64,000 nucleotides of DNA from an uncultured Aliarcobacter sp. (GTDB lineage: Bacteria; Campylobacterota; Campylobacteria; Campylobacterales; Arcobacteraceae), in contig OY781945.1 of assembly GCA_963677435.1 (NCBI GenBank), forward strand, positions 800,001-864,000. Reading direction: 5' to 3'. The notes beneath the pieces were generated by a model that worked only from the letters and a program-made list of their open reading frames with translations, made no database searches and was not told where the DNA came from. Shown in pieces: positions 1 through 11,039 of this stretch (position 1 is the stretch's first letter; each line of letters opens with the position of its first letter). Position numbers and translations under genes: made by a program.

Positions 1-844
1 CTAATATTAAACATATAACCATCATAGATAAAAGGAAAATTGCAACTTTTATAGGGTTTCTTTTATCAGCTAAATATCCTCCAACTATATTTCCAACTAA
101 CATCCCAAGCCCTGCAACAATCATCAAATATGAGACACTACTTTCTTCAAATTTTGTAACATGAATCAACAATGGAGCAATATAACTAATCCATGCAAAC
201 AATCCACCAAAACCAGTTGCAACAATAGCTAATATATGCCAAGCTTTGATTGTCTTGAAAAATTCTAGTTCCTCTTTTAATGTAACAGTTTTTACCTCTT
301 TTTGTTTTGGAAGATTTTTGTACAAAAAGAAGATTGTTATTAAACCAATTATTGAAACAATAGCAAAAGCATATCTCCAAGAAAAAGTGTGACCAAGATA
401 TGTAGTAAGGGGAACCATTGCAACATTTGCAATGGTAAGTCCTGTAAACATTACAGCAATAGCTTGTGCTGATTTTCCTTTTTCAGCAAGTTTTGCAGCT
501 ACAACTGTACCCACGCCAAAAAAAGCACCATGTGGTAAACCACTAAAAAACCTTGATATTAACAATGTTGTGTAATTAGGCGCAATAGCAGATAAAAAGT
601 TAAAAATTGTAAATAAAATCATAAATGCAATTAGAATATTTTTAGCAGGAAATTTTGAACTTAAAGCAACCAAAATTGGAGCTCCAATAACTACACCTAA
701 AGCATATATAGAAATTAAATGTCCAGCAACTGGAATACTAATATTTAAGTCATTTGCAACATCTGGTAATAATCCCATGATTGCAAATTCTGTTGTACCA
801 ATAGCAAGTCCACCTAAGGCTAGGGGAAGTAATTTTTTTGTCAT
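1..844 (-). CDS. MFS transporter, DHA1/AraJ-like (partial, runs off left edge)
   Basis: Manual translation from ATG at 844: MTKKLLPLALGGLAIGTTEFAIMGLLPDVA...GHTFSWRYAF...; open to position 1. Absent from the ORF track because its stop lies outside the window. Confidence 0.9.
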   Translation of the reverse strand, partial: MTKKLLPLALGGLAIGTTEFAIMGLLPDVANDLNISIPVAGHLISIYALGVVIGAPILVALSSKFPAKNILIAFMILFTIFNFLSAIAPNYTTLLISRFFSGLPHGAFFGVGTVVAAKLAEKGKSAQAIAVMFTGLTIANVAMVPLTTYLGHTFSWRYAFAIVSIIGLITIFFLYKNLPKQKEVKTVTLKEELEFFKTIKAWHILAIVATGFGGLFAWISYIAPLLIHVTKFEESSVSYLMIVAGLGMLVGNIVGGYLADKRNPIKVAIFLLSMMVICLIL

Positions 845-988
845 TATGTAAAATCTTTTTTTTGAATTTAATTTATGTAATTCGGAATTTTAGTAAGAAA
901 TATTTATTTTAGACTTAAATGAGAATCACTTATGATATAGATAAAGAATAAGAAAAATTGACTAAACAATTATTAAGTATATCTTCAG

Positions 989-994
989 TATAAT
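989..994 (+). promoter_or_regulatory. Putative sigma70 -10 box of the rpsL operon
   Basis: TATAAT preceded by an AT-rich stretch with TTAAGT (973-978), about 130 nt upstream of rpsL. Confidence 0.5.
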
Positions 995-1020
995 CCCGTA
1001 CTTTTTTAGAAAACTAAAAT

Positions 1021-1110
1021 AATTGAGTTTCCTAGAATGGGAGTATCGTTTCAACTTAATGTTGAAGTGCACGAGAAGCATGGGTAAGGCTATAATTACT
1101 CAAACCAATT
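1021..1110 (+). promoter_or_regulatory. Candidate structured rpsL 5' leader
   Basis: GC-enriched intergenic stretch; TTGAGT (1023-1028) pairs with ACTCAA (1098-1103); inner hairpin TTCAAC-ttaat-GTTGAA (1050-1066). Confidence 0.35.
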
Positions 1111-1126
1111 TATATAAAGGAAAGAA

Positions 1127-1510
1127 ATGCCTACAATCAATCAGCTTGTAAGAAATGAGCGAAAAAAGGTTATAAAAAAATCTAAATCGCCAGCATTAAA
1201 AGAATGTCCACAAAGAAGAGGAGTATGTACAAGAGTATATACAACTACACCAAAAAAACCTAACTCGGCTTTAAGAAAAGTTGCAAAAGTTAGATTAACT
1301 ACAGGTTTTGAAGTTATTTCATACATCGGTGGAGAAGGTCATAACTTACAAGAGCACTCAATAGTACTTGTAAGAGGGGGAAGAGTTAAAGATTTACCTG
1401 GGGTTAAATACCACATCGTAAGAGGTGCTTTAGATACTGCTGGTGTTGCAAACAGAACTGTTGCAAGATCTAAATATGGTACTAAAAAAGCTAAAGCTAA
1501 GAAAAAGTAG
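1127..1510 (+). CDS. rpsL: 30S ribosomal protein S12
   Basis: MPTINQLVR...[11 protein letters not shown]...RVKDLPGV signature. Confidence 0.99.
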   Translation: MPTINQLVRNERKKVIKKSKSPALKECPQRRGVCTRVYTTTPKKPNSALRKVAKVRLTTGFEVISYIGGEGHNLQEHSIVLVRGGRVKDLPGVKYHIVRGALDTAGVANRTVARSKYGTKKAKAKKK

Positions 1511-1518
1511 AAGGATAG

Positions 1519-1989
<471 letters not shown>

Positions 1990-1998
1990 GATTATAAT

Positions 1999-4104
1999 AT
2001 GGCAAGAAAAACACCACTTAACAGAGTTAGAAATATTGGTATTGCAGCTCATATTGATGCTGGAAAAACAACAACTACTGAGAGAATTTTATTCTATACA
2101 GGTGTTTCACATAAAATTGGGGAAGTTCATGAAGGTGCTGCTACAATGGACTGGATGGAACAAGAGCAAGAAAGAGGTATTACAATTACTTCTGCTGCTA
2201 CAACTTGTCACTGGAAACACCCAAAAACAAATGAAGATTTAATGATTAACATTATTGACACTCCAGGTCACGTTGACTTTACTATTGAAGTTGAGAGATC
2301 TATGAGGGTTCTTGATGGTGCTGTTGCAGTATTTTGTTCAGTAGGTGGGGTTCAACCACAATCTGAAACTGTTTGGAGACAAGCTAATAAATATAGAGTA
2401 CCAAGAATGATATTCGTTAATAAAATGGATAGAACTGGTGCAGATTTTTATAATGTTTTAAAACAAGTTAATGAAAGATTAAAATCAAATGCTGTTCCAA
2501 TTCAATTACCAATCGGTGCAGAAGAAAACTTCAAAGGTATTGTAGATTTAGTTCAAATGAAAGCTATCGTTTGGGATGAAGATGCTGCAATGGGTTCTAA
2601 TTACCACATTGAAGAAATTCCAGCTGATATGATGGAAATTGCGCAAGAATATAGAGAAAAAATGATTGAATCAGCTGCTGAGTCAATTGAAGAGTTAATG
2701 GAAAAATACCTTGAAGGTGAAGAATTAACTGAAGAAGAGATTACTGCTGGTATTAAAGCTGGTTGTTTAAATATGTCTATTACTCCTATGACTTGTGGAA
2801 CTGCCTTTAAAAATAAAGGTGTTCAAACTTTACTTGATGCTGTTGCTATGTATTTACCAGCTCCAACTGAAGTTGCTGACATTAATGGTGAAACACAAGA
2901 AGGTGAAGCTGTTATCGTTCCTTCAACTGATGCAGGTGAAGTTGCAGCATTAGCATTTAAAATTATGACTGACCCATTTGTTGGACAGTTAACATTTACG
3001 AGAGTTTATAGAGGAGTTTTAGAATCTGGAACTTATGTTTATAACTCTACAAAAATGAAAAAAGAAAGAATCGGAAGATTACTTAAAATGCATGCTAACA
3101 ACAGAGAAGAGATTAAAGAGCTTTATGCTGGAGAAATCGGTGCTGTTGTTGGTTTAAAATATACAATTACTGGAGATACATTAGCTTCTGAAAAAGATCC
3201 TGTTATCTTAGAAAGAATGGAATTCCCAGAACCAGTTATTTCTGTTGCAGTTGAGCCAAAAACAAAAGCTGACCAAGAAAAAATGGGTATCGCATTAGGA
3301 AAATTAGCAGAAGAAGATCCATCATTCAGAGTTAACACTGATGAAGAAACTGGACAAACTATTATTTCAGGAATGGGTGAATTACACCTTGAAATTCTTG
3401 TAGATAGAATGAAAAGAGAATTCAAAGTTGAAGCTGAAGTTGGTGCTCCTCAAGTTGCTTATAGAGAAACAATTAAAAACGCTGTTAAACAAGAGTATAA
3501 ATACGCAAAACAATCTGGTGGTAAAGGTCAATACGGTCACGTATATTTAGACATTAAACCATTAGTTGGTAGCGAAGAAAACTTCAAATTTAACAATGAT
3601 ATTAAAGGTGGGGTAATTCCAAAAGAATATATTCCTGCAGTTGAAAAAGGTTGTTTTGAAGCAATGCAAGGTGGTATTTTAGCAGGTTACCCAATGGTTA
3701 ACATTGAAGTTTCTGTTTATGATGGGTCTTACCATGATGTGGATTCATCTGAAATGGCATTTAAACTTGCTGCTTCAATGGGATTCAAACAAGGTTGTAG
3801 ATCAGCAGCTGCACAAGCTGTAATCTTAGAGCCAATTATGAAAGTTGAAATCGAAACTCCTGAAGATTATATGGGAGATGTTATTGGGGATTGTAATAAA
3901 AGAAGAGGACAAGTTCAATCTATGGATGACAGAGCTGGTGTAAAACTAGTTACTGCTATGATTCCATTATCTGAAATGTTCGGTTACTCTACAGACTTAA
4001 GATCTATGTCTCAAGGTAGAGCAACTTACTCTATGATTTTCGATAACTATTCTGAAGTTCCAAAAAATGTTTCTGAAGAAATTATTAAAAAAAGAAATGG
4101 ATAA
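1999..4104 (+). CDS. fusA: Elongation factor G
   Basis: [23 protein letters not shown] GTPase motifs; 701 aa; str operon position. Confidence 0.99.
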   Translation: MARKTPLNRVRNIGIAAHIDAGKTTTTERILFYTGVSHKIGEVHEGAATMDWMEQEQERGITITSAATTCHWKHPKTNEDLMINIIDTPGHVDFTIEVERSMRVLDGAVAVFCSVGGVQPQSETVWRQANKYRVPRMIFVNKMDRTGADFYNVLKQVNERLKSNAVPIQLPIGAEENFKGIVDLVQMKAIVWDEDAAMGSNYHIEEIPADMMEIAQEYREKMIESAAESIEELMEKYLEGEELTEEEITAGIKAGCLNMSITPMTCGTAFKNKGVQTLLDAVAMYLPAPTEVADINGETQEGEAVIVPSTDAGEVAALAFKIMTDPFVGQLTFTRVYRGVLESGTYVYNSTKMKKERIGRLLKMHANNREEIKELYAGEIGAVVGLKYTITGDTLASEKDPVILERMEFPEPVISVAVEPKTKADQEKMGIALGKLAEEDPSFRVNTDEETGQTIISGMGELHLEILVDRMKREFKVEAEVGAPQVAYRETIKNAVKQEYKYAKQSGGKGQYGHVYLDIKPLVGSEENFKFNNDIKGGVIPKEYIPAVEKGCFEAMQGGILAGYPMVNIEVSVYDGSYHDVDSSEMAFKLAASMGFKQGCRSAAAQAVILEPIMKVEIETPEDYMGDVIGDCNKRRGQVQSMDDRAGVKLVTAMIPLSEMFGYSTDLRSMSQGRATYSMIFDNYSEVPKNVSEEIIKKRNG

Positions 4105-4144
4105 TCATATTAAATAAGAGTGAATTACTTCTTTAGTTTTGTAC

Positions 4145-4180
4145 AAAAAGGGATATGCGTTTGCATATCCCTTTTTTTTT
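4145..4180 (+). terminator. Rho-independent terminator of rpsL-rpsG-fusA
   Basis: AAAAAGGGATATGC-gttt-GCATATCCCTTTTTTTTT perfect stem plus U-tract. Confidence 0.92.
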
Positions 4181-4193
4181 GTTCTAAATTTAT

Positions 4194-4222
4194 TTAAGTT
4201 ATTATAAATAATCAGCTAAAAT
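4194..4222 (+). promoter_or_regulatory. Putative sigma70 promoter of nadK-recN
   Basis: TTAAGT-17 bp-TAAAAT. Confidence 0.5.
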
Positions 4223-4252
4223 AGTTTACATAAATTTAAAATTGGAATAACA

Positions 4253-5122
4253 TTGAGAATAGAAACAAATAGTGAATTATTAAATGATATTAAAAGTGCA
4301 GGAATAATTTTAAAACCATCAAGTCCTGAACTAAAAGATACATATCTAAAAATCAAATCTCTTTTTGAAGAGGCTAATATTGATGTATATTTAGAAGATA
4401 ATTCAGCAAATATGATATGTTTAAATGATGGGCATTCATTAGATGAATTATGTCAAAAAGTTGACTTTTTAATCTCAGTTGGTGGAGATGGAACTTTACT
4501 TTCAGTAGTGAGAAAATCTTTCAAATATGATATTCCAGTTTTAGGAATAAATTTAGGAACTTTAGGTTTTTTAACTGATATAAGTATGGAACAATTACCA
4601 CAATTTATCCAAGATTTGAAAAAAAATATTTATAAAATTGATAATAGAATGATGGTTGAGGGAAGTGTAAATTTAAATAAATTTGTCGCATTTAATGATA
4701 TAGTAATTTCAAGAAAATCAATCTCATCAATGATAAGAATAAAAGGTAAAATTAATGGGAAAGCTTTTAATACATACTATGGTGATGGAGTAATTATTTC
4801 AACACCAACAGGCTCAACAGCTTATAATCTATCTGTTGGTGGACCTCTTGTTTATCCTTTAACAGAAGCTTTTATTGTAACACCAGTAGCTCCTCACTCT
4901 TTGACTCAAAGACCTCTTGTTATGCCAGCTGATTTTGAAATTGAGTTTAAAATAGTTGATAATCAAGGTGCAGTTGTAATTGTTGATGGACAAGATATTT
5001 ATGAGGTTGAACAAAACCAAACTATTAAAATTAAAATAGCAAATAAAAAAGCAAAAATGATGCACAGAATTCAAAGAGATTATTTTGAAGTATTAAATGA
5101 AAAACTAAGATGGGGAAATTAA
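4253..5122 (+). CDS. nadK: NAD(+) kinase
   Basis: GGDGT, GTLGFLT, ND, STPTGSTAYNLSVGG motifs; TTG start. Confidence 0.96.
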   Translation: MRIETNSELLNDIKSAGIILKPSSPELKDTYLKIKSLFEEANIDVYLEDNSANMICLNDGHSLDELCQKVDFLISVGGDGTLLSVVRKSFKYDIPVLGINLGTLGFLTDISMEQLPQFIQDLKKNIYKIDNRMMVEGSVNLNKFVAFNDIVISRKSISSMIRIKGKINGKAFNTYYGDGVIISTPTGSTAYNLSVGGPLVYPLTEAFIVTPVAPHSLTQRPLVMPADFEIEFKIVDNQGAVVIVDGQDIYEVEQNQTIKIKIANKKAKMMHRIQRDYFEVLNEKLRWGN

Positions 5123-5123
5123 T

Positions 5124-6653
5124 TTGATTACAAGAGTATATTTAAAAGATTGTTTATCTTTTGAAGAGGTTGATTTAGAGTTTAAAAATGGTTTAAATAT
5201 TTTCACAGGACCAAGTGGAGCTGGAAAATCTATTTTGATGCAAGCAATTTTATCACTATTTGCACTTGCTGATGTAAAAGCAAACCTTGGTGAAGTATTA
5301 CTAAATAATTCAAAAATAAGTGATGATATTTATGATTTGTCAATTGATGATGATATTATTATTAAAAGTATTAAAAAAGATAAAGTACGATATTTTTTAA
5401 ATAATCAATCAGTATCTAAAAAAAATCTTAGCGATTTCTCAACAAAACTAATAAAGCATCTCAACTTAAAAGATACATCGGAATTTGATAGTTTAAAACT
5501 TTTAGATTTTTTAGATAGATTAACAATTCAGAAGAAAAAAGATTTTAAAAAGAAAAAAGAAGTTTTTAATAATTTATATAAAGAATTAACAGTAGTAAAA
5601 AAAGAGTTACAAAAGATATTAGATGATGAAAATAAATTAGAAGATTTAAAAGAATTTGCAAGATTTGAAATAGATAAAATCGAGCAAATAAATCCAAGTA
5701 TTGATGAGTATGAAGAACTTAATTTAATTAAAAAAAGATTAGCTAAAAAAGAAAAGATTGAGGTTGCAATAAAAAAAGCTTCTGGAATAATGGAGTTTAA
5801 TCATAATGTTACACAAGCTTTAGAATTGATGGAAGTTGATTCAAGTTTTTTTGATGAGACAATGAATGAATTAAATAATGTTTTTGAAAGATTTAATGAT
5901 TCCTTACATGAACTAGATGATGTAAATATTGAAAATGTACTTGATAGAATTGAAAAATTATCTGCTTTACAAAAAAGATTTGGTTCGATTGAAGAGTGTT
6001 TAAAATATAAAGAACAAAAGAAAATAGAGTTAGAATCTTACGAAAATATTTTTTTTCAAAAAGAGAAATTAGAAAAAAAATATGAAAATTTAAATATCAA
6101 ATTACATGAATTATCACAAGAAATTTCAATTTATAGAAAAGAGAGTTCTTTAATTCTTGAAAAGAAAATAAATGAATATTTGAAATTTTTGTATTTGAGT
6201 AATGCAAAAATTATTATCAGTGAAAAAGAGTTGGATTTTTCAGGTATTGATGAAGTAATATTTGAGTTAAATGGAGTCTCTTTAGACACAATTAGTTCAG
6301 GTGAATATAATAGACTTAGACTTGCCTTATTAACATCTATGAGTGAATTTGATATTGTAGATAATGGGATACTTTTTTTAGATGAAATTGATGCGAATTT
6401 AAGTGGTAAAGAGAGTGATGCAATTTCAAAGGTTTTAAAAAAATTAAGCGATTCTTACCAAATTTTCGCAATTTCTCATCAACCACAATTAACTTCAAGT
6501 GCAAATCAACATTTTTTAGTAGATAAAATCAATGGTAAATCATTTGTTAAAGAATTAAAAAACAGTGAAAAAGTAGATGAAATTGCAAGAATGATAAGTG
6601 GAGAAAAAGTTACATCAGAAGCATTAGAATTTGCAAAAAATCTTTTAAAATAG
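5124..6653 (+). CDS. recN: DNA repair protein RecN
   Basis: Walker A GPSGAGKS, SSGE signature, LFLDEIDANLSG, ISHQPQL, EIARMISG; follows nadK. Confidence 0.93.
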   Translation: MITRVYLKDCLSFEEVDLEFKNGLNIFTGPSGAGKSILMQAILSLFALADVKANLGEVLLNNSKISDDIYDLSIDDDIIIKSIKKDKVRYFLNNQSVSKKNLSDFSTKLIKHLNLKDTSEFDSLKLLDFLDRLTIQKKKDFKKKKEVFNNLYKELTVVKKELQKILDDENKLEDLKEFARFEIDKIEQINPSIDEYEELNLIKKRLAKKEKIEVAIKKASGIMEFNHNVTQALELMEVDSSFFDETMNELNNVFERFNDSLHELDDVNIENVLDRIEKLSALQKRFGSIEECLKYKEQKKIELESYENIFFQKEKLEKKYENLNIKLHELSQEISIYRKESSLILEKKINEYLKFLYLSNAKIIISEKELDFSGIDEVIFELNGVSLDTISSGEYNRLRLALLTSMSEFDIVDNGILFLDEIDANLSGKESDAISKVLKKLSDSYQIFAISHQPQLTSSANQHFLVDKINGKSFVKELKNSEKVDEIARMISGEKVTSEALEFAKNLLK

Positions 6654-6660
6654 TATAAAC

Positions 6661-6690
6661 TTGACAAAATAACCTTACAATGGATATTAT
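6661..6690 (+). promoter_or_regulatory. Putative sigma70 promoter of chemoreceptor gene
   Basis: TTGACA-18 bp-TATTAT. Confidence 0.5.
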
Positions 6691-6720
6691 ATAATAATTT
6701 ATATAGGTAGGGGAGTTTTT

Positions 6721-9618
6721 ATGTTCAAAAACATATCAATTAAAGGCAAGATTTTACTTCTTTCTTTAGTAACGATTATTGTAGTATCATTTGCAATAGC
6801 TGTGGATTCAATATATTCTATCCAAAAGTTTTCAGAAAAGAATATTGAAAGCTTTAAAAAGCAAGCTTACGAAAAAAAAGAGTTAGAACTTAAAAATTAT
6901 GTATCTTTAGCCATGAAAACAGTTGAAGCATATCATAGTAGAACCTCTGTTGATAAAATTAAAGTAGAAGTTCAAGAGCAATTAAAAATGCAAACGAATT
7001 TTCTATTTTCTATTTTACAATCTGAATATGATAAGTTAAAAGATTCTCTTTCAGAAGAAGCTCTTCAGTACAGATTAAAATCAATTGTTAATTCAACTAG
7101 ATATGGAGAAAGCGGGTATTTTTGGATTAATGATACAAATGCAGTTATTGTAGTTCATCCAATTAAACCTGAATTAAATGGAAAAGATTTAGTTAATTAT
7201 CAAGATAAAAATGGCAAAAAAATCTTTAAAGAATTCGCTACAGTTGCAAAAAATAATGGTGAAGGTTTTGTTGATTATGTTTGGCCGAAACCAGGTTTTA
7301 CAGCTCCTCAATTAAAAGTGTCATTTGTTAAATTGTTTAAACCATATAATTGGGTTATTGGTACAGGTGAATATGTTGATGATGTTACATCAAAAATGCA
7401 AGAAGAAGCTTTAAAAACAATTTCTGAAATGAGATATGCAAACAATGATTATTTTTGGATAAATGATTCAACACCAAAAATGATAATGCACCCAATTAAA
7501 CCAGAATTAAATGGAAAAGATTTATCTGAAAATAAAGATGCAAAAGGTAAAAAACATTTCGTTGAAATGACTGAAGTTGTTAAAAATAATAAAGAGGGTG
7601 GTTTAGTAAAATATTTTTGGGATAAACCAGGAAAAGCTGGCGATCCTAGAGAGAAATTCTCTTATGTTCAAAGATTTGAGCCTTGGGATTGGATAATAGG
7701 AACTGGTGCTTATGTTGATGACATAGAAAATGAAGTACAACTTATGGAACAACATACTTCTAGTGAAATTGACAAGATTATATTAAATATTTTAATATTT
7801 TCATTAGTTTCAATAATTATTGTCTATTTAATCTATAATTATTTTGTTAACCAATCTATTATTAAACCTTTAGAAAATTTAAATAAAGCTATTAATGACA
7901 TTAGTGCAGACACAAATGGCACAGCAGTTATTCAAAAAAGATCTAATGATGAAATTGGAAAACTTGTTGATAGTTTCAATGGTTATATAGGGAAATTAAA
8001 AGAGGGTTATGAAGAAGATTCAAAAGTAATTGAAAATGTAGATGAAGTTATTGAAAAAGTAATCAATGGGTTCTATGTTTATAAAATTGAAAAAACATCA
8101 TCAAATCCTCAAATTATAAAACTAAGAGATTCTATTAATTCAATGATTGAAAAAACTAATGAAAATTTAGTTCAATTAAATAATGTATTGATTGAATATG
8201 GTAATTCAAATTTTAGTGTTGATGATTCAAAACTTAATACTTCAAAAGTTAATGGTGTAATTTCATCATTGGCTGCAAGTAGTAGATTAATTGGTGTTAC
8301 TGTTTCAGAATTTTTATCAATGATTATTGTAAGTGGTAGAAAATTAAATGAAGATACAAGTATATTATCAACTGCTGCTAATAAACTTTCTTCATCAGCA
8401 AATGAACAAGCAGCTTCATTAGAAGAAACAGCAGCAGCTGTTGAAGAGATAACATCTATTGTAAAATCTAGTGTACAAAAAGTTCATCAAATGTCAAACT
8501 TAGCTACAGAACTTCAAATTTCATCTAGAGATGGAGAAACTTTAGCTTCTAAAACAACAAAAGCTATGGATGAAATTGATAGTCAAGTAAACTCTATTAA
8601 TGATGCAATTACTGTTATTGATCAAATTGCTTTCCAAACAAATATTCTTTCATTAAATGCAGCAGTAGAGGCAGCAACTGCTGGTGAAGCAGGTCGAGGA
8701 TTTGCCGTAGTTGCAGCAGAAGTGAGAAACTTAGCAAATAGAAGTGCAGAAGCAGCAAAAGAGATAAAAAATATAGTTCAAATTGCAACTACAAAAGCAA
8801 ATGAAGGAAAATCTATTGCTAATGAAATGATAGGTGGATATGCGACTTTAAATTCTAAAATTAATCAAACAATTACTTTAATTGAAGATGTATCTCAAGG
8901 AAGTAAAGAAGAAGAGAAAGGTATTATTCAAATAAATGACACAATTAATACTTTAGATCAAGCAACACAAGTTAATGCAAACTCTGCAACAATCATTAGT
9001 GAACTTGCAAGTGAAGTTACAAAATTATCAGAAAACTTATTAAAAATTGCAGATAGAGCAAAATTTAATGAAGTTTCAAAAGAAGAGATTGAAGATATAG
9101 ATTTAGTATTTAAAATTTCTAAATTAAAAAATGATCATATTAGATTTAAGTTAACAAACTTTGATAAAATAGGTAAAACAAAAGTTGCATGGAGTGTTAC
9201 AAAATCTACAGAATGTGCACTAGGTAAATGGTTATTAGAAGAAGAAAATTTAGGGAAAGCATTTACAAAAACAGAAAACTGGAAACAACTAAAATTAAAT
9301 CATGATTTAGTTCATAATAGTGTTCAAGATTATATTACAGAAGATTGTAAAGAAAAACCAGATAATTCTTTATTAAATAATTTATCTCAAAAATTAGATG
9401 ATTCAACTATGAAAGTATTTCACTGTTTAGATCAATTAAAGAAAGATAATATTAATACTAAGCCTGTATTGAGTGAAAAAACTGCTCCTAGTTTAAAACA
9501 ATCAAATACAATAAATAGTAATATGAATGTTCCTGAAAATAAACATCTTGCAACTAAACAAAAAACTACAGTTATCACTTCAACGAAAAAAGATGATGAT
9601 GAATGGGAAAGCTTTTAA
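6721..9618 (+). CDS. Methyl-accepting chemotaxis protein with two Cache_2 domains, HAMP, signalling domain, CZB domain and C-terminal EWESF pentapeptide
   Basis: Two TM segments; duplicated YFWIND...HPIKPELNGKDL...IGTG.YVDD; QTNILSLNAAVEAATAGEAGRGFAVVA; DH...CALGKW...HDLVH. Confidence 0.95.
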   Translation: MFKNISIKGKILLLSLVTIIVVSFAIAVDSIYSIQKFSEKNIESFKKQAYEKKELELKNYVSLAMKTVEAYHSRTSVDKIKVEVQEQLKMQTNFLFSILQSEYDKLKDSLSEEALQYRLKSIVNSTRYGESGYFWINDTNAVIVVHPIKPELNGKDLVNYQDKNGKKIFKEFATVAKNNGEGFVDYVWPKPGFTAPQLKVSFVKLFKPYNWVIGTGEYVDDVTSKMQEEALKTISEMRYANNDYFWINDSTPKMIMHPIKPELNGKDLSENKDAKGKKHFVEMTEVVKNNKEGGLVKYFWDKPGKAGDPREKFSYVQRFEPWDWIIGTGAYVDDIENEVQLMEQHTSSEIDKIILNILIFSLVSIIIVYLIYNYFVNQSIIKPLENLNKAINDISADTNGTAVIQKRSNDEIGKLVDSFNGYIGKLKEGYEEDSKVIENVDEVIEKVINGFYVYKIEKTSSNPQIIKLRDSINSMIEKTNENLVQLNNVLIEYGNSNFSVDDSKLNTSKVNGVISSLAASSRLIGVTVSEFLSMIIVSGRKLNEDTSILSTAANKLSSSANEQAASLEETAAAVEEITSIVKSSVQKVHQMSNLATELQISSRDGETLASKTTKAMDEIDSQVNSINDAITVIDQIAFQTNILSLNAAVEAATAGEAGRGFAVVAAEVRNLANRSAEAAKEIKNIVQIATTKANEGKSIANEMIGGYATLNSKINQTITLIEDVSQGSKEEEKGIIQINDTINTLDQATQVNANSATIISELASEVTKLSENLLKIADRAKFNEVSKEEIEDIDLVFKISKLKNDHIRFKLTNFDKIGKTKVAWSVTKSTECALGKWLLEEENLGKAFTKTENWKQLKLNHDLVHNSVQDYITEDCKEKPDNSLLNNLSQKLDDSTMKVFHCLDQLKKDNINTKPVLSEKTAPSLKQSNTINSNMNVPENKHLATKQKTTVITSTKKDDDEWESF

Positions 9619-9625
9619 GCTTTCC
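9606..9625 (+). terminator. Possible terminator hairpin overlapping the MCP stop
   Basis: GGAAAGCT-ttta-AGCTTTCC; no clear U-tract. Confidence 0.35.
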
Positions 9626-9738
9626 TAAACAAGCTCATAAAACAAGAGTAAATCTATCCTCTTTTATATTTATTAAAAAATAGATATAATGCCAATCAAA
9701 AAAATAAAATATAACAATGAAATATTTAAAGGAATTGT

Positions 9739-11025
9739 ATGAATAATGAAAAAGTAGAGTTATTATCACCTGCTGGAAACTTAGAAAAATTAAAAATTGC
9801 AATAAAATATGGAGCAGATGCTGTGTATGCAGGTGTTAGTCACTTTAGCTTAAGAATTAGAGCTGGAAAAGAGTTTACATTTGAAACATTTAAAGAGGGA
9901 ATTGACTATGCTCATGCTCGTGGTAAAAAAGTTTATGCAACAATTAATGGATTTCCATTTAATTCTCAAATAGATTTATTAAAAAAACATATTATAAAAA
10001 TGGCAGAACTTGAACCAGATGGTTTTATCGTAGCAGCACCTGGAGTTGTAAAATTATGTCGAGAACTTGCACCTCAAATTGATATTCATCTTTCAACGCA
10101 AGCAAATGTTTTAAACTATCTTGATGCTCAAGTTTTTTGGGATATGGGTGTTAAAAGAATCGTAGTTGCTAGAGAAATTTCATTAAAAGATGTAGTTGAA
10201 ATTAAAAAACATTTACCTGATATGGAAATTGAAATCTTTGTACATGGTTCAATGTGTTTTGCATATTCAGGAAGATGTCTAGTAAGTGCAGTTCAAATGG
10301 GAAGAGTTCCAAATAGAGGATCTTGTGCAAATGACTGTAGATTTGAATATACATTATATGCAGCAAATGAAGATCACAGTACATTATTTAGATTAGAAGA
10401 AGAACCAGGTGTTGGAACATATATTTTTAATTCAAAAGATATGAATTTAGCTTCTCATATAAAAGAGATTCTAGATTCTGGTGCAGTTGATTCACTTAAA
10501 ATTGAGGGAAGAACAAAATCACCATATTATGCTGCTGTTACTGCAAAAGCATATAGAAATGCTATTGATGATTATTATGCTGGTAATTTTGATGCGGATC
10601 TTTATCAAAGAGAACTTTATACTACAAAAAATAGAGGATTTACTGATGCTTATTTAATTCATAGACCATTTGAAAAAACTGATTCTCAGAATCATGAGTA
10701 TGCATTAAGTAAAGGTTCATATGAAGTTACAGGACTTGTAACAGAAGATGAAGAACACTTCTTATGTAAATATAAAGTTTATCCAAATGAAGATATTGAA
10801 ATCTTCACTCCAGCGGGTGAAGAATTAGTTGAGTGTGATACTGAGATTGGAAAGATTTTCAAAAAAGATGGAATTTATTATATTAATTTCAAAAAAATAT
10901 TAACAGAAACAAATAAAGAATTAGAATCTGTTCATAGTGGAAATGTAAATAAAATTAAACTTCCTGGAAAATTACCTTATTTAACAATGTTTAGAGTTGC
11001 AAATATTGAAGAAACTGTTGAATAA
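9739..11025 (+). CDS. U32 family peptidase-like protein (TrhP/PrtC type, probable tRNA hydroxylation)
   Basis: ELLSPAG, GADAVY, HLSTQAN, EIFVHGSMCFAYSGRC...NRGSCANDCR, SLKIEGRTKS. Confidence 0.92.
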   Translation: MNNEKVELLSPAGNLEKLKIAIKYGADAVYAGVSHFSLRIRAGKEFTFETFKEGIDYAHARGKKVYATINGFPFNSQIDLLKKHIIKMAELEPDGFIVAAPGVVKLCRELAPQIDIHLSTQANVLNYLDAQVFWDMGVKRIVVAREISLKDVVEIKKHLPDMEIEIFVHGSMCFAYSGRCLVSAVQMGRVPNRGSCANDCRFEYTLYAANEDHSTLFRLEEEPGVGTYIFNSKDMNLASHIKEILDSGAVDSLKIEGRTKSPYYAAVTAKAYRNAIDDYYAGNFDADLYQRELYTTKNRGFTDAYLIHRPFEKTDSQNHEYALSKGSYEVTGLVTEDEEHFLCKYKVYPNEDIEIFTPAGEELVECDTEIGKIFKKDGIYYINFKKILTETNKELESVHSGNVNKIKLPGKLPYLTMFRVANIEETVE

Positions 11026-11039
11026 GTTTTAAATTATTA

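Noticed and set aside
186..380. 64-aa minus-strand ORF suggesting a fragmented or pseudogenised gene at the left edge
   Set aside because: It is an alternative frame inside the intact MFS gene (ATG 844), which reads open to position 1.
845..1126. tRNA or other known ncRNA gene in the GC-richer intergenic stretch
   Set aside because: No cloverleaf, T-loop GTTCGA or CCA end; kept only as a candidate leader.
1127..1510. Possible streptomycin-resistance alleles in rpsL
   Set aside because: PKKPNS and RVKDLPG are wild-type at both lysines.
4105..4252. No tuf after fusA
   Set aside because: Normal for Campylobacterota, where tuf lies elsewhere.
6049..6056. T8 run in recN and other A/T homopolymers as phase-variation tracts
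   Set aside because: Frames are intact and such runs are expected at this AT content. I saw no long poly-G/C tract typical of Campylobacterota contingency loci.
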